Below, one piece after another: positions 63,927 through 64,000 of a DNA stretch of 64,000 nucleotides. The notes under the pieces are model-generated. The model saw nothing but the letters and a program-made list of their open reading frames with translations. It ran no database searches and had not been told where the DNA came from. The DNA comes from Octopus bimaculoides (taxonomy: Eukaryota): assembly GCF_001194135.2 (NCBI RefSeq), contig NC_068982.1, positions 45,345,665 to 45,409,664 of the forward strand, given 5' to 3'. The position numbers and the translations under genes were made by a program. Each line of letters starts with the position of its first letter. The stretch's first letter is position 1.

Positions 63927-64000
63927 GTGAATACTCCAAAAGTAAATAATATATTAATCTATCTTCTATCTTTTACTTGTTTCAGTCATTAGATTGTACC

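Overview
This is AT-rich, repeat-dense eukaryotic genomic DNA with many N gaps. The SINE complement looks like a cephalopod (octopus) genome, which is an inference from recalled repeat families. The main content is a multi-exon plus-strand gene that the six-frame ORF track shows only in fragments. I assembled 18 GT-AG exons (15355..63926, 2197 nt, about 732 codons, no internal stops, all phases compatible) encoding the N-terminal part of a thioester-protein (alpha-2-macroglobulin/complement C3 family) member. It has C3-type hallmarks: a tetrabasic KKRR processing site, both cysteines of the beta-alpha interchain disulfide, and the MG7 cysteine. It appears to lack most of MG4, the Cys-containing linker and the entire anaphylatoxin (ANATO) domain. 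The signal-peptide exon was not identified, and the thioester region lies beyond the window end. The rest of the window holds at least four SINE-type families, hAT-, Tigger- and TTAA-type MITEs, long foldback elements, a near-perfect 86-bp intronic hairpin, decayed LINEs (Tx1/L1-, R4-, RTE-like), mariner and Chapaev-like transposase remnants, and microsatellites. Repeat boundaries are approximate unless TSDs are quoted.
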